IMG/VR virus record: IMGVR_UViG_3300028048_000038
Span: 128,001-192,000 of that record
Source of the DNA: a virus
Taxonomy: Duplodnaviria > Caudoviricetes
Strand: one strand, 5' to 3'
DNA: 64,000 nt
Shown here one piece after another: positions 54,644 through 64,000 of this stretch. Under the pieces are notes generated by a model. The model was not told the origin of the DNA. It worked only from the letters and a program-made list of their open reading frames with translations, and ran no database searches. A program made the translations under genes and the position numbers. Positions within the stretch are counted from its first letter, which is position 1, and the number at the start of each line of letters is the position of its first letter.

Positions 54644-55689
54644 TTAAAACCGCTAATTCTAACCTTATTTCTACTAGTTTCTATAATGCAAGGAGTAGGA
54701 TTACAAGTGCTTCCCTCACTTGGTGTGCCTTCGTCTGCCTCGCAATCATTAGATTCTGTGGCTCCAGAGTTGAAACCAATCCTCTTGGCTGCGTCTTCAG
54801 TAACCTTAACCTTTCCATCCTTTTTGATTAATTCCTCAAGTCTCTCAAATAACTGAACTTCAGAGAACCCATCCACATAAATGCCTTGAATAACCTCTTT
54901 CAAGAAATCAAAGGTATATCCCTCTGTCTTCTTAACATATCTTTCAATGTCATTCTTAACTTTCTCATCACTCACATCAATGCCACTGTCAGATAACTTG
55001 TTGATGATATATGCCCTTCTAACTTCGGCATTAGGTTTCTTATACTCAATAACAAGATTAAACCTACTTGGTCTGCAAGTGAACCTCTTCTCAAGAATCT
55101 CTGGATAATTTGTCGTTGCAATCGTCACAACATTATCAAATTGCCCATTACCATCCAATAACTGCAATAGCATTGCTGAATAATAATCATCCCTTGCTAA
55201 ACGCTCAAAGTCCTCGATAAGAGTTATTACCTTACGATTAGGTTCAATACTTCTAAGTCTCTCCATGCAGCCACTATAACTGTTTAGTTCATCTGTACTA
55301 TCAATACAAATAACTACACCATTATAGTCATCAATGAGAGTTTTACAGATGATGTTAATGAGAGAGGTTTTACCATTTCCTGGGAGTGAATACAACAGTA
55401 TGTTCCTTTTATATACTTGCCCAAACTGTCTATAACGTTCCTCTGACTCCCAAAATCGCTGAATGTCATCCAAGATGCTTATCTGAATTTCATTGGGTAA
55501 CACATACAACTTTGGCATTACAATCTCCTTACTAGTGAAGAAATATCTACCATTGTACCTATCCCATATAGGTTTGTAGAAACCACTAGGTAATACCTCC
55601 TTTGTAACACCTATTGGCTCATACATGTTGCCGTTTTTCTCGTAACGTGTGTAATTTCTCTCTTTGGTTTCCTTTTCTTGTTTTGCCAT
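54640..55689 (-). CDS. AAA+ ATPase
   Basis: LPGNGKT, LIEDFE, ATTNYPE, RPSRF. Confidence 0.9.
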   Translation of the reverse strand: MAKQEKETKERNYTRYEKNGNMYEPIGVTKEVLPSGFYKPIWDRYNGRYFFTSKEIVMPKLYVLPNEIQISILDDIQRFWESEERYRQFGQVYKRNILLYSLPGNGKTSLINIICKTLIDDYNGVVICIDSTDELNSYSGCMERLRSIEPNRKVITLIEDFERLARDDYYSAMLLQLLDGNGQFDNVVTIATTNYPEILEKRFTCRPSRFNLVIEYKKPNAEVRRAYIINKLSDSGIDVSDEKVKNDIERYVKKTEGYTFDFLKEVIQGIYVDGFSEVQLFERLEELIKKDGKVKVTEDAAKRIGFNSGATESNDCEADEGTPSEGSTCNPTPCIIETSRNKVRISGFK

Positions 55690-55704
55690 AAAAAATTAAT
55701 AAGT

Positions 55705-56787
55705 TTATTTGAAATGTTCTTGTTTCTTCAATTCATCTATAAGTCTCTTTTCATCGTTGTTAAGTGTCTTAGGTACTGTAACGCTTACAATACCTATCAT
55801 ATTTCCTGGCGAACCAATCGTATTGCCGTATCTAGGCAAACCATATCCTTTAAATCTCAACTCACTGCCACTGCTAGTTCCTTGTGGAATCTTAACCTTA
55901 ATGGTCTTACCATCCAAAGTCTTGATTTCCTTTGTACAACCAAGAATGGCTTCCACAACATTGATGTTAAGGTCAAATACAAGGTCCCTACCTTGTTTTT
56001 CGAATGTATCATGTTCCTTTATCTCAATGGTTACTAATAAACTGCCATTCGTACCCTTACCATGTGGTGAAGCATTTCCAAGTCCTGCGTATTCAATGGT
56101 CATTCCATCTTCCACACCTCTTGGAATGTTGAATGAAATTTGTGAAGTAGCATTTTGAACCACGCCATGACCATTACAATGTTTACATGGATTTTCAATT
56201 ATATACCCACTACCGCCACAAGTGGGGCACTTTTGCTTCATCATGAATCCAGTGGAATCAAATGTCATTCCAGTACCACCACAAGTTTTACAAGTCTTTC
56301 TGCGAGATTCGGCAGTCATGCCAGTACCATTACAATGTTTACATGGTTCAAATCTCTTAATCTTAATAGTCTTGTTACACCCACTCATTACCTCTTCAAG
56401 AGTGAGCTTCATGTTAATCTTGATATTGCCACCCTTGATTGGTTTCTCTTGCTGTTGATTGAATCCAAAGTCGAAATCTGCAAATGGGTTGCCATGCATA
56501 TGAAAATGCCTAAATATTTCATCCATATTCATATGGGCATAATCCGCACCGCCACTATGAAATTCAAACTTGCTCTTAGGACTATCGTATTCCTTGCGCT
56601 TTGCTTCATCCCCTAGTACTTCATAAGCTTCGGCAATCTCCTTAAACTTAGCTTCTGCCTCCTTAGAGCCGTTATTACGGTCTGGATGCCACTTTACACT
56701 AAGCTTACGGAAAGCTTTCTTAATTTCATCTTGAGAAGCACTTTTATCAACACCAAGAATCTTATAATAATCCTTTGTATCAGCCAT
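55705..56787 (-). CDS. dnaJ: chaperone DnaJ
   Basis: J domain HPD, four CxxCxGxG repeats. Confidence 0.97.
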   Translation of the reverse strand: MADTKDYYKILGVDKSASQDEIKKAFRKLSVKWHPDRNNGSKEAEAKFKEIAEAYEVLGDEAKRKEYDSPKSKFEFHSGGADYAHMNMDEIFRHFHMHGNPFADFDFGFNQQQEKPIKGGNIKINMKLTLEEVMSGCNKTIKIKRFEPCKHCNGTGMTAESRRKTCKTCGGTGMTFDSTGFMMKQKCPTCGGSGYIIENPCKHCNGHGVVQNATSQISFNIPRGVEDGMTIEYAGLGNASPHGKGTNGSLLVTIEIKEHDTFEKQGRDLVFDLNINVVEAILGCTKEIKTLDGKTIKVKIPQGTSSGSELRFKGYGLPRYGNTIGSPGNMIGIVSVTVPKTLNNDEKRLIDELKKQEHFK

Positions 56788-56929
56788 TATTCTTATCTTA
56801 AGTTATAAACCTTTTTGCAAAGATATATATATTATTTCTAATTTCCAAATAAAATGCTAAAAATCTGAGAGACTTGTTGGGAAAGCCCCTCAGATTTGCA
56901 CAGATTTATCTTCAACCTTGCCAAGTCAT

Positions 56930-58828
56930 TTACTTCACTTCCTCAAAGTCTGCGTCTTGTACATCCTCTGTAGAAGCTGTAGCAGAGTCAAAATCATTTG
57001 GCTGTTGTGCAGTGTCATTCTGCTGCTGATTCTGACCATAAACACGCTGCGAAATTGTTTGCCATACCTCATTGATGGCAGTCTCAGTCTCGTTAATCTT
57101 GTTCACGTCCTTTGAGCTGACAGCAGACTTCATCTGAGCGATAAGACCCTCAATCTTGCTCTTCTCGTCCTCAGTGATATTGTCTTTCTGCTCCTCAAGC
57201 ATCTTCTCTTGGGTAAATACAATGGTATCACCCTTATTGACAGCCTCGGCAGTCTCACGCTCCTTCTTATCAGACTCAGCGTTAGCCTCTGCCTCTGCTT
57301 TCATGCGCTCAATCTCTTCCTTAGACAAGCTGCTAGAACCCTCTACACGGATAGACTGTGCCTTGCCAGTACCCTTATCGGTTGCACTAACCTCAACGAT
57401 ACCATTGGCATTGATGCTAATCTTAACGGCAATCTGAGGAATACCACGCTTTGCTGGAAGAATGCCAGTCAAGTTGAACTTACCAATTGACTTGTTCTGT
57501 GAAGCCATTGGGCGATTACCTTGCAAAAGGTTAATCGTTACCTCAGTCTGATTGTCTGCTGCGGTTGAGAATACTTGCTCCTTATCGCAAGGGATGGTAG
57601 AGTTAGCCTCGATAAGTGTGGTCATCACACCACCAAGGGTCTCGATACCCAAGTTAAGAGGTGTAACGTCAAGCAATACGATTTCTCCAACACCTTCCTC
57701 ACCACCAAGCACAGCACCTTGGATACATGCACCAAGAGAAACTGCCTCGTCAGGGTTAACTGCCTTTGATGGGTCTTTCTGGAACACGCTCTTTGCAGCC
57801 TCTACGACCTTTGGAATACGTGTAGAACCACCAACAAGGATAACCTCGTCAATATCCTTAATCTCAAGCTTAGAAAGCTTCAATGCCTCGTTACAGAGGT
57901 CAACAAGCTTCTTATACAGAGGTTCAATCAACTGCTCGAATTTAGCACGTGACAATGATGCAACAAAGTGCTTTGGAGTACCATTCACTGGAGCCAAGTA
58001 TGGCAAGTTAATCTCAGTTGACATTGCTGTAGAAAGTTCAATCTTAGCCTTTTCAGCAGCCTCCTTAATACGCTGCATAGCCATAGAGTCAGTGCTTACA
58101 TCAGCACCCTCTTGTTTCTTGAACTCTTCAACCACCCAATTGACAATGGCTTGGTCAAAGTCCTCACCACCAAGGTGTGAGTCACCATTGGTTGAAATAA
58201 CCTCGAATACGCCACCACCAAAGTTAAGGATTGATACATCTGATGTACCACCACCAATATCATATACAACGATATTCATGTCCTTGTCTGACTTGTCGAT
58301 ACCGTAGGCAAGTGCAGCAGCAGTAGGCTCATTGATAATACGCTTAACGTTAAGGCCAGCAATCTGACCAGCCTCACTAGTAGCCTTACGTTGGTCATCG
58401 TTGAAGTACGCTGGAACTGTAATCACAGCATCAGTAACCTCAGTGCCAAGATAATCCTCGGCAGTCTTCTTCATCTTCTGCAAGATGGTTGCTGAAATCT
58501 CTTGAGGGGTATATTTTCGGTTATCAATGCTTACACGTGGAAAACCACCCTCATTAACGACATCGTAAGTCACACGCTTTGCTTCATCTGCAACGCTAGC
58601 AAATGGCATACCCATGAAACGCTTGATAGCGTACACAGTATTCTTAGGGTTAGTAATAGCTTGTCTACGTGCAGCATCACCGACCTTACGTTCACCATCC
58701 TTAAATCCTACAACTGATGGAGTTGTACGATTACCTTCACTATTAACAATAACAGTAGGTTGACCACCTTCAAAAACTGATACGCAAGATGTTGACGTAC
58801 CAAGGTCAATTCCAATAATTTTTCCCAT
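56930..58828 (-). CDS. dnaK: chaperone DnaK (Hsp70)
   Basis: [33 protein letters not shown]. Confidence 0.98.
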   Translation of the reverse strand: MGKIIGIDLGTSTSCVSVFEGGQPTVIVNSEGNRTTPSVVGFKDGERKVGDAARRQAITNPKNTVYAIKRFMGMPFASVADEAKRVTYDVVNEGGFPRVSIDNRKYTPQEISATILQKMKKTAEDYLGTEVTDAVITVPAYFNDDQRKATSEAGQIAGLNVKRIINEPTAAALAYGIDKSDKDMNIVVYDIGGGTSDVSILNFGGGVFEVISTNGDSHLGGEDFDQAIVNWVVEEFKKQEGADVSTDSMAMQRIKEAAEKAKIELSTAMSTEINLPYLAPVNGTPKHFVASLSRAKFEQLIEPLYKKLVDLCNEALKLSKLEIKDIDEVILVGGSTRIPKVVEAAKSVFQKDPSKAVNPDEAVSLGACIQGAVLGGEEGVGEIVLLDVTPLNLGIETLGGVMTTLIEANSTIPCDKEQVFSTAADNQTEVTINLLQGNRPMASQNKSIGKFNLTGILPAKRGIPQIAVKISINANGIVEVSATDKGTGKAQSIRVEGSSSLSKEEIERMKAEAEANAESDKKERETAEAVNKGDTIVFTQEKMLEEQKDNITEDEKSKIEGLIAQMKSAVSSKDVNKINETETAINEVWQTISQRVYGQNQQQNDTAQQPNDFDSATASTEDVQDADFEEVK

Positions 58829-58935
58829 AAACTATCTTATATTTTTCTCTTAATTATTTTATCCTTTACAAAATACACTGAATAGATTATTCCTATCAGT
58901 GCTAATTTTAACGTATTCTTGTATAGCATAACCTA

Positions 58936-59196
58936 TCACATTATTTTTCCCCAATCTTTAGATAGTATTCCTTTTACATCCTTAAATGGTATTGAAGAGC
59001 GTAGTCTTGAATTATTAGCTTTTCCGTAATAAAGTCTAGTACCATACCCACAATCTTCAATTTGTGGATTTAGTTCATCAATAATATGATTTTCATAACA
59101 CCATTTTAGTTCCAAAGTTCCATCTTCCATTATATACAGAAAATATTTCGAACCTTTGAATATACCATCACAAGAATATATCTCCTTTGCATCCAC
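58936..59196 (-). CDS. hypothetical protein (paralog of 59198-59494)
   Basis: Shares REIY/KEIY, KGSK, LELKWC.EN, PF, W.KIM. Confidence 0.65.
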   Translation of the reverse strand: MDAKEIYSCDGIFKGSKYFLYIMEDGTLELKWCYENHIIDELNPQIEDCGYGTRLYYGKANNSRLRSSIPFKDVKGILSKDWGKIM

Positions 59197-59197
59197 A

Positions 59198-59494
59198 CTA
59201 CATTATTTTCTCCCAACAAGGCTCAAGCTCCCCTTGTTCATTCTGAAACGGCAACATCTGTCTTATCTGAAATAGGTTTGGTTCGCCATATTCCAATTTC
59301 ATTGTCCTTCCAACCTTCACAAACGAAGGGCATACTTGGCGTTCAACTATATTCTCACAACACCACTTCAATTCCAAGTCTCCACTTTCATAGACAATCA
59401 ATACGTTCTTTGAACCTTTGATGCTACTATCTGAGACATATATTTCCCTCACATCCCCTTGCAAATTATATGCCATATTTTTAACAATTTTCAA
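59198..59494 (-). CDS. hypothetical protein (paralog of 58936-59196)
   Basis: Shared motifs as above. Confidence 0.65.
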   Translation of the reverse strand: MKIVKNMAYNLQGDVREIYVSDSSIKGSKNVLIVYESGDLELKWCCENIVERQVCPSFVKVGRTMKLEYGEPNLFQIRQMLPFQNEQGELEPCWEKIM

Positions 59495-59572
59495 TCATAT
59501 GCAAATATATGAAAAAAAATTGAGATAGCAAAATACTATCCCAATCTTTTAAGCTTTTTTAATATTCCAAGA

Positions 59573-59992
59573 TTAATCTTCAGAGATATAATCAGTTATA
59601 TGACCTATCACATGGTTTAGTTTGCAAAGGAGTTCTCCCATAATTGCATCCTCTGTAAGCATTGTAACATTGGTTGTCTCAAGTGAACCAAGGTCATAAC
59701 CCTTTTCAATTCTAGCCTTTGCGATATTAACGCCAATCTCTTCGTCAAATGTGTCAGATGGGTGACAAATTGACATACCTAGTGTCAGTTTTCTCTTCAT
59801 CTGCTTAATCTTATACTTAAGCTCTCCCTTGACAAAGTTAGTTGGCTTTGTCTCAACGTCAACAATCTCAGTTACCTCAGTATTCTCTCGTGACTGCTCA
59901 AGCTTTCCTACGACAGTAACTACATGCTTCTTCCGTCCTGTCTTCGCAATTCCATAAACATGAAAGTACTTTACTCTTACATTATTTGCCAT
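59573..59992 (-). CDS. hypothetical phage protein
   Basis: CHPSDTFDEEIG..IA..R motif. Confidence 0.65.
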   Translation of the reverse strand: MANNVRVKYFHVYGIAKTGRKKHVVTVVGKLEQSRENTEVTEIVDVETKPTNFVKGELKYKIKQMKRKLTLGMSICHPSDTFDEEIGVNIAKARIEKGYDLGSLETTNVTMLTEDAIMGELLCKLNHVIGHITDYISED

Positions 59993-60015
59993 AACTATAT
60001 AGTTTTTTAGTTTTA

Positions 60016-60339
60016 TTATTTCTTCATTGCTGCTTCATACTCCCTATCCCTTCTCTCAATCTCATCGAATGGAGATACACCTTGGGGTAAGGTAGTTATC
60101 TTTTCAAATCCGTTTTCCTCTGTTATAAGTGAATCCTTTTCAGCAACACAACCCTCATATCTCTCACCATATGAGCCACTCATCTTTTTTGTGCTTGGGT
60201 CTAAATCTCCCCAACCAACAGAATGTGCGTTACCAATCACTTCAACAAAATATCTCTTATTGGTTACTTTGGATTTGACAATGAAGCGTCCAGTATTATC
60301 ACTATCCTTCAAAAATCTTTTTTTATCCATTACTACCAT
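60016..60339 (-). CDS. hypothetical protein
   Basis: 107-aa ORF. Confidence 0.65.
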   Translation of the reverse strand: MVVMDKKRFLKDSDNTGRFIVKSKVTNKRYFVEVIGNAHSVGWGDLDPSTKKMSGSYGERYEGCVAEKDSLITEENGFEKITTLPQGVSPFDEIERRDREYEAAMKK

Positions 60340-60615
60340 TTATATGACGGTATCATAAAACGCTGCTCTAAATCGCTGAATTGAGTTTGTTATTTTTTCA
60401 TTTTTCGTATCAATGACCACAGTATTATTATTCGTTTTGTAAACTAACCAATCACTATTAATATCATCAAAATGACGGTTCACAAGTTCTATAAGGTCAT
60501 CATCACTCAATCTATCAAATTTTATTTTTACCTTATTTTCATTATCTAATTCAAAAGAATACTTTTCCCTTAAACCTTTAATAAAGTATTCATTATTTAA
60601 TCTTATTTTCATCAA
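60340..60615 (-). CDS. hypothetical protein
   Basis: Operon ORF. Confidence 0.55.
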   Translation of the reverse strand: MMKIRLNNEYFIKGLREKYSFELDNENKVKIKFDRLSDDDLIELVNRHFDDINSDWLVYKTNNNTVVIDTKNEKITNSIQRFRAAFYDTVI

Positions 60616-60812
60616 AACATATTTTTAGGTATTTTTGCCTTTCTAACATACTCTGGATTTGTAATCAACTTCTTAAGCATTGCATTATAATATGTTGGTG
60701 CTGGACCTCCATTTACCCAAAATTGTCCTCTGAAATAAATGATTTCACTTCCCTCTGGAAGTGTTCCCTCACCAGCTTCGAAAGGTTTGATTAAAATGTA
60801 CTTCTCGCTCAT
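60612..60812 (-). CDS. hypothetical protein
   Basis: Operon ORF. Confidence 0.55.
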   Translation of the reverse strand: MSEKYILIKPFEAGEGTLPEGSEIIYFRGQFWVNGGPAPTYYNAMLKKLITNPEYVRKAKIPKNMF

Positions 60813-61315
60813 AATTTAACTTTGTCTAAGGTGGCACTTATATGTTCCAATATAGGTGTCATTATTTTATCAACTTCAGCCCAATCGACATGTGGTCTGT
60901 TACAACCATTAAGCCACTTAACTGGAGTTCCAATATTTCGGTCATCAATGCAAAATACAGCAAATGACTTTGTGACCTCTTTATGTTTATCATCCCCAAT
61001 TTGTCTTGGGTTCTTTCTTAAATTATAAAGTTTTACACCCTCTTTTTCAAGAGTTATTAAAGGTTCTTTTAATAATTCGTCATTTCTCATTGAATTAAGA
61101 ATCCAACCAACGTTATAATCCTTAGTCCAACGTTTCATAACCTCGAATGCTTCATAGTTTATATCCATTGTTCCATCTTCCCAACAAGAGCATTTTGTAA
61201 GCGTATAATCCCAATCAACCTCAATTGGAATTATCCACCTACCGTCCTCTGTTCTCTCACTATAGAACAAAATTTCATCCACTACTCCATTATATCTTTT
61301 ATCCATCTTCACCAA
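60809..61315 (-). CDS. HAD-superfamily hydrolase-like protein
   Basis: VDWDYTL (DxD) and IDDR motifs. Confidence 0.7.
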   Translation of the reverse strand: MVKMDKRYNGVVDEILFYSERTEDGRWIIPIEVDWDYTLTKCSCWEDGTMDINYEAFEVMKRWTKDYNVGWILNSMRNDELLKEPLITLEKEGVKLYNLRKNPRQIGDDKHKEVTKSFAVFCIDDRNIGTPVKWLNGCNRPHVDWAEVDKIMTPILEHISATLDKVKL

Positions 61316-61887
61316 TTTATCTCTCTTATGGGAGGACTAACAATATCACGTGGATATTCTGTCTTTCCATCCTCATATTGTTTTAAATTATGTTTCTTCC
61401 AATAGGCGTGATTAAGCTTTCCCAATACGCCATAATTCAATACAGTTGTATAGTTATCTCTTTCTTCATATTCAACGTCAATATCATGTTCTTGGCAGTA
61501 TCTATATATGAATTCAGCAAATGCACGTGAACGAGACATTCCAGCTCTACAGTGGATATCAAAGCTCTCAACACCCTTATTGATGTTGTCCTCGATAAAC
61601 TGAATTGCCCTCTCAGCTTGTTCAATCCTCATGGTCTTGAAATGATGCCCATTATACATCACATCGTCTGCAATGTCATCGAAATCAAGGTTAAGGACAT
61701 TTGGATGGTCTTTGAAGAAGTGTTCCGTATTTCCCTCATCCAAATAATACTTAAGGCATTCTGGTGTCCCTATAATCGAGATAAACGCCTTATTCTCATT
61801 CTCCACGTTATCATCATCCAAACCCATTTTTATCATCTTCTCATCAAAGAGATAATGAGAAAGGACTGTTATTCTAATCTTAGCCAT
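61309..61887 (-). CDS. protein-tyrosine/dual-specificity phosphatase-like protein
   Basis: HCRAGMSRS (CX5R) P-loop, FDDI. Confidence 0.85.
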   Translation of the reverse strand: MAKIRITVLSHYLFDEKMIKMGLDDDNVENENKAFISIIGTPECLKYYLDEGNTEHFFKDHPNVLNLDFDDIADDVMYNGHHFKTMRIEQAERAIQFIEDNINKGVESFDIHCRAGMSRSRAFAEFIYRYCQEHDIDVEYEERDNYTTVLNYGVLGKLNHAYWKKHNLKQYEDGKTEYPRDIVSPPIREINW

Positions 61888-62162
61888 TTCTTTACCTTTA
61901 TTTTATATGACCACACGAGGCTCTTCAGAAGTCTTATAATTGCCATTTCAGCAGCCTCATCATATGTATCACCATGTACCCAAAAACCAAATGAGGTACG
62001 GCTATCATTGAGTGTCTTGAAATTCGTAATATAGATTTCAAATACCACATTACTAGTATCACTTAACTCCCAATCTGTTACGCCAATTGGTTTTGTGCGT
62101 ACTTTCTTTTCAATCTTAACATTGGTTAACCTAACCAAAATATCCAAAAATTTACCAACCAT
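61869..62162 (-). CDS. hypothetical protein
   Basis: Operon ORF. Confidence 0.5.
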   Translation of the reverse strand: MVGKFLDILVRLTNVKIEKKVRTKPIGVTDWELSDTSNVVFEIYITNFKTLNDSRTSFGFWVHGDTYDEAAEMAIIRLLKSLVWSYKIKVKKWLRLE

Positions 62163-62496
62163 AACTGTTTGTTGCTAATGTTGTTGTTGATGAAATTGTC
62201 CAAGTACTATATGTATTCGTATTATAGTAATATGTATCTGAATAATATACACTACTAGGCTTCCTTTTCTTTATTTCGAAATCGATAGTCCTCACATACC
62301 CAAACTTATATCTATGTATTTTTGTATATCTGTTCTTTAATGCCCTATATGCCAAGTTTAACACATCCAATTCATTATCTGTGTATTTCCTACTGAAGTC
62401 AATTTCCTTTTCCACTGCATAGCTCCCAAGTTTCTTCTTCAGATTATTAAGGCGTATCCTAATTTCGCTTAAACTATATTTCTTAACATCTTTCAT
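62152..62496 (-). CDS. hypothetical protein
   Basis: Operon ORF. Confidence 0.5.
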   Translation of the reverse strand: MKDVKKYSLSEIRIRLNNLKKKLGSYAVEKEIDFSRKYTDNELDVLNLAYRALKNRYTKIHRYKFGYVRTIDFEIKKRKPSSVYYSDTYYYNTNTYSTWTISSTTTLATNSYGW

Positions 62497-62812
62497 AATC
62501 GTTAGAATTTCTTTATATCATCCCACTTCTCAAAACCTTTTCTGAGTTTCTTAATTGATTTCTTGAACACCACGTAAAAATAACTTGATGATATCAATGT
62601 CAAAAACAACGTACTTATAAAACTACCTAAAAATATTTTCTCTTTTGTTTCCATTTTCTATTATAATGTTTCTCTTAATCTATCAATTAATTCATTATCT
62701 ATATCCCTAAAAAATACATAATTTTTATCTTTATAGAACTCATTTAATAATATCGTTTATATATAAAAACCACAAATAACCTAAAAGATATTATTATTTA
62801 CAATTATTTTAT

Positions 62813-63661
62813 TCAAAAAGCGTTTTTAAACCAATCTTCCCTATATATTAAGTTAATTGGTATCAATTCATATGTTCCATCATCCCTTAGCCAAATAACT
62901 CTAGCTGCTATTGGAGGTAAACCTATGCCAGCTAGACATAAACTATATAAATTCAACTGTAATGTGTAATATGAAAGTGGCTCTTCATATAAATCTCCAA
63001 ATGGTGGTAATAAAAACTTACCATTTTCCCTACTGAAATCTTTTCTTAACTCACGGTTAGTTTTCCAATCTAGTACAACCAAGCCACTTTTACTCTTGTC
63101 TGCTGGGTGCTCATACCAAGCTAAAAGGTCAAAAGTACCACAAAAAGGTTGTCTTACAGTTGAAATATCACTTTTATTTGAATATACCTTTGTCTCAGCC
63201 AACACAAAATGAAGATTCTCATTCAATTCATCATAGAACTTCAATACAGATTCCTCTTTTGGCCTCGTTGGTATCAACCAATCCTTATCCTTAACATACT
63301 TTGGTTCGCAAGATTTTGGCATCAATTCTGGATGTCCATTCCTCAACCAACCCAATCCCTCCGCAAACTCGTGAACCAGGGTGCCTGACGTTGTAGCCTT
63401 AAGATTTGTGAACTTCCATTTGTCCAACCAATACTCTGCTGTCTCTCCATGAGTCTCAGCATACCTTATCGCTTGCGTTTCAGAATCGAAAGGATATTGA
63501 CAGAATTTGTGTGTAACCTCTGATACAGATGGTAACTGCTCCCCATTCAAAAAGTATTTGTGTCCCTCTTCTATAAATGTTAAATCCTTGAATTCCTTTA
63601 GTATCTTATTCCTAATGCTCGTTACTTCCTTTGGTTCTCCATCTACTACTATTTTCTTCAT
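62813..63661 (-). CDS. PD-(D/E)XK exonuclease (Cas4/RecB-like)
   Basis: PSVS, GT.VH, GTFDL, DWKT, QL.LY motifs. Confidence 0.8.
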   Translation of the reverse strand: MKKIVVDGEPKEVTSIRNKILKEFKDLTFIEEGHKYFLNGEQLPSVSEVTHKFCQYPFDSETQAIRYAETHGETAEYWLDKWKFTNLKATTSGTLVHEFAEGLGWLRNGHPELMPKSCEPKYVKDKDWLIPTRPKEESVLKFYDELNENLHFVLAETKVYSNKSDISTVRQPFCGTFDLLAWYEHPADKSKSGLVVLDWKTNRELRKDFSRENGKFLLPPFGDLYEEPLSYYTLQLNLYSLCLAGIGLPPIAARVIWLRDDGTYELIPINLIYREDWFKNAF

Positions 63662-64000
63662 TTTTATACAATTTATGCAAAGATATAGATAAATTTTTAA
63701 AAAAACAAATAATTTAATAAAAAAACAATATTCTTGTTAACACAAAAACTTCCTTACCAAGATATACTATGAGTGGTACACACGTAACAATACGGCATAA
63801 GAAAAGAGCAACCATTGTTGATTGCTCTTTTTTACAACATTAATTGTATTGTTATTCATCCCCGTTCAGGGTGAGAGTATCTTAACCGTTTTTTAGATAC
63901 ACAATACCTGTATCTTCATAATGTTTATTACCACTAGAATCAAGGTAATACCAAGTCACATCGGCTGTTGCTATCTGTTCCACCGTTATGCCAGTCATTG

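Noticed and set aside
62813-63661. Cas4 serving the CRISPR array
   Set aside because: More than 50 kb from the array, lacks the Cas4 Fe-S cysteine cluster pattern, and such nucleases are common in phages
135-63692. Numerous plus-strand ORFs in the six-frame track (for example 5127-5687, 57552-58307, 52340-52852)
   Set aside because: They are antisense shadows of well-supported minus-strand genes or overlap tRNAs; only 50433-50882 has independent support
1-64000. Whole-window TAG-to-Gln recoding (genetic code 15, as in Lak phages)
   Set aside because: Conserved genes are full length in the standard code and several end at TAG; recoding elsewhere in the genome is not excluded

Overview
AT-rich, almost entirely minus-strand segment of a very large (jumbo/mega) bacteriophage that probably infects Bacteroidales/Prevotella. 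About 20 Bacteroidetes-type promoters (TTTG at -33, TAnnTTTG at -7) drive short operons. The left 37 kb is a tRNA/ncRNA-rich region with more than 40 tRNA or tRNA-like genes, a tmRNA, several large structured RNAs and interspersed homing-type endonucleases. It also holds a 4-repeat CRISPR mini-array directly downstream of a catalytically intact TnpB/Cas12f-like gene. The right 27 kb encodes translation, stress and NAD functions (TelA, SSB, RtcB, radical SAM, NadE, TyrRS, a TROVE-like/vWA protein, sigma-70, IF3, DnaJ, DnaK). The most striking unexplained signal is a family of 13 RNA elements sharing a 5-8 bp stem followed by NN-ACAGCA(A/G). This module is grafted onto tRNA parts in several ways: as an insertion at position 29/30 of otherwise intact tRNAs, as the clamp closing circularly permuted tRNAs, or around bare anticodon arms. 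With the Ro60-like (TROVE/vWA) protein and RtcB in the same window, it suggests a phage-encoded Y-RNA-like / tRNA-splicing or tRNA-decoy system (inference). Other highlights are two RNAs mimicking the 23S rRNA L11-binding domain, a candidate amber-suppressor tRNA near an amber-interrupted leader ORF, and many structurally remodelled tRNAs. All RNA structures were folded by eye and no database searches were run.
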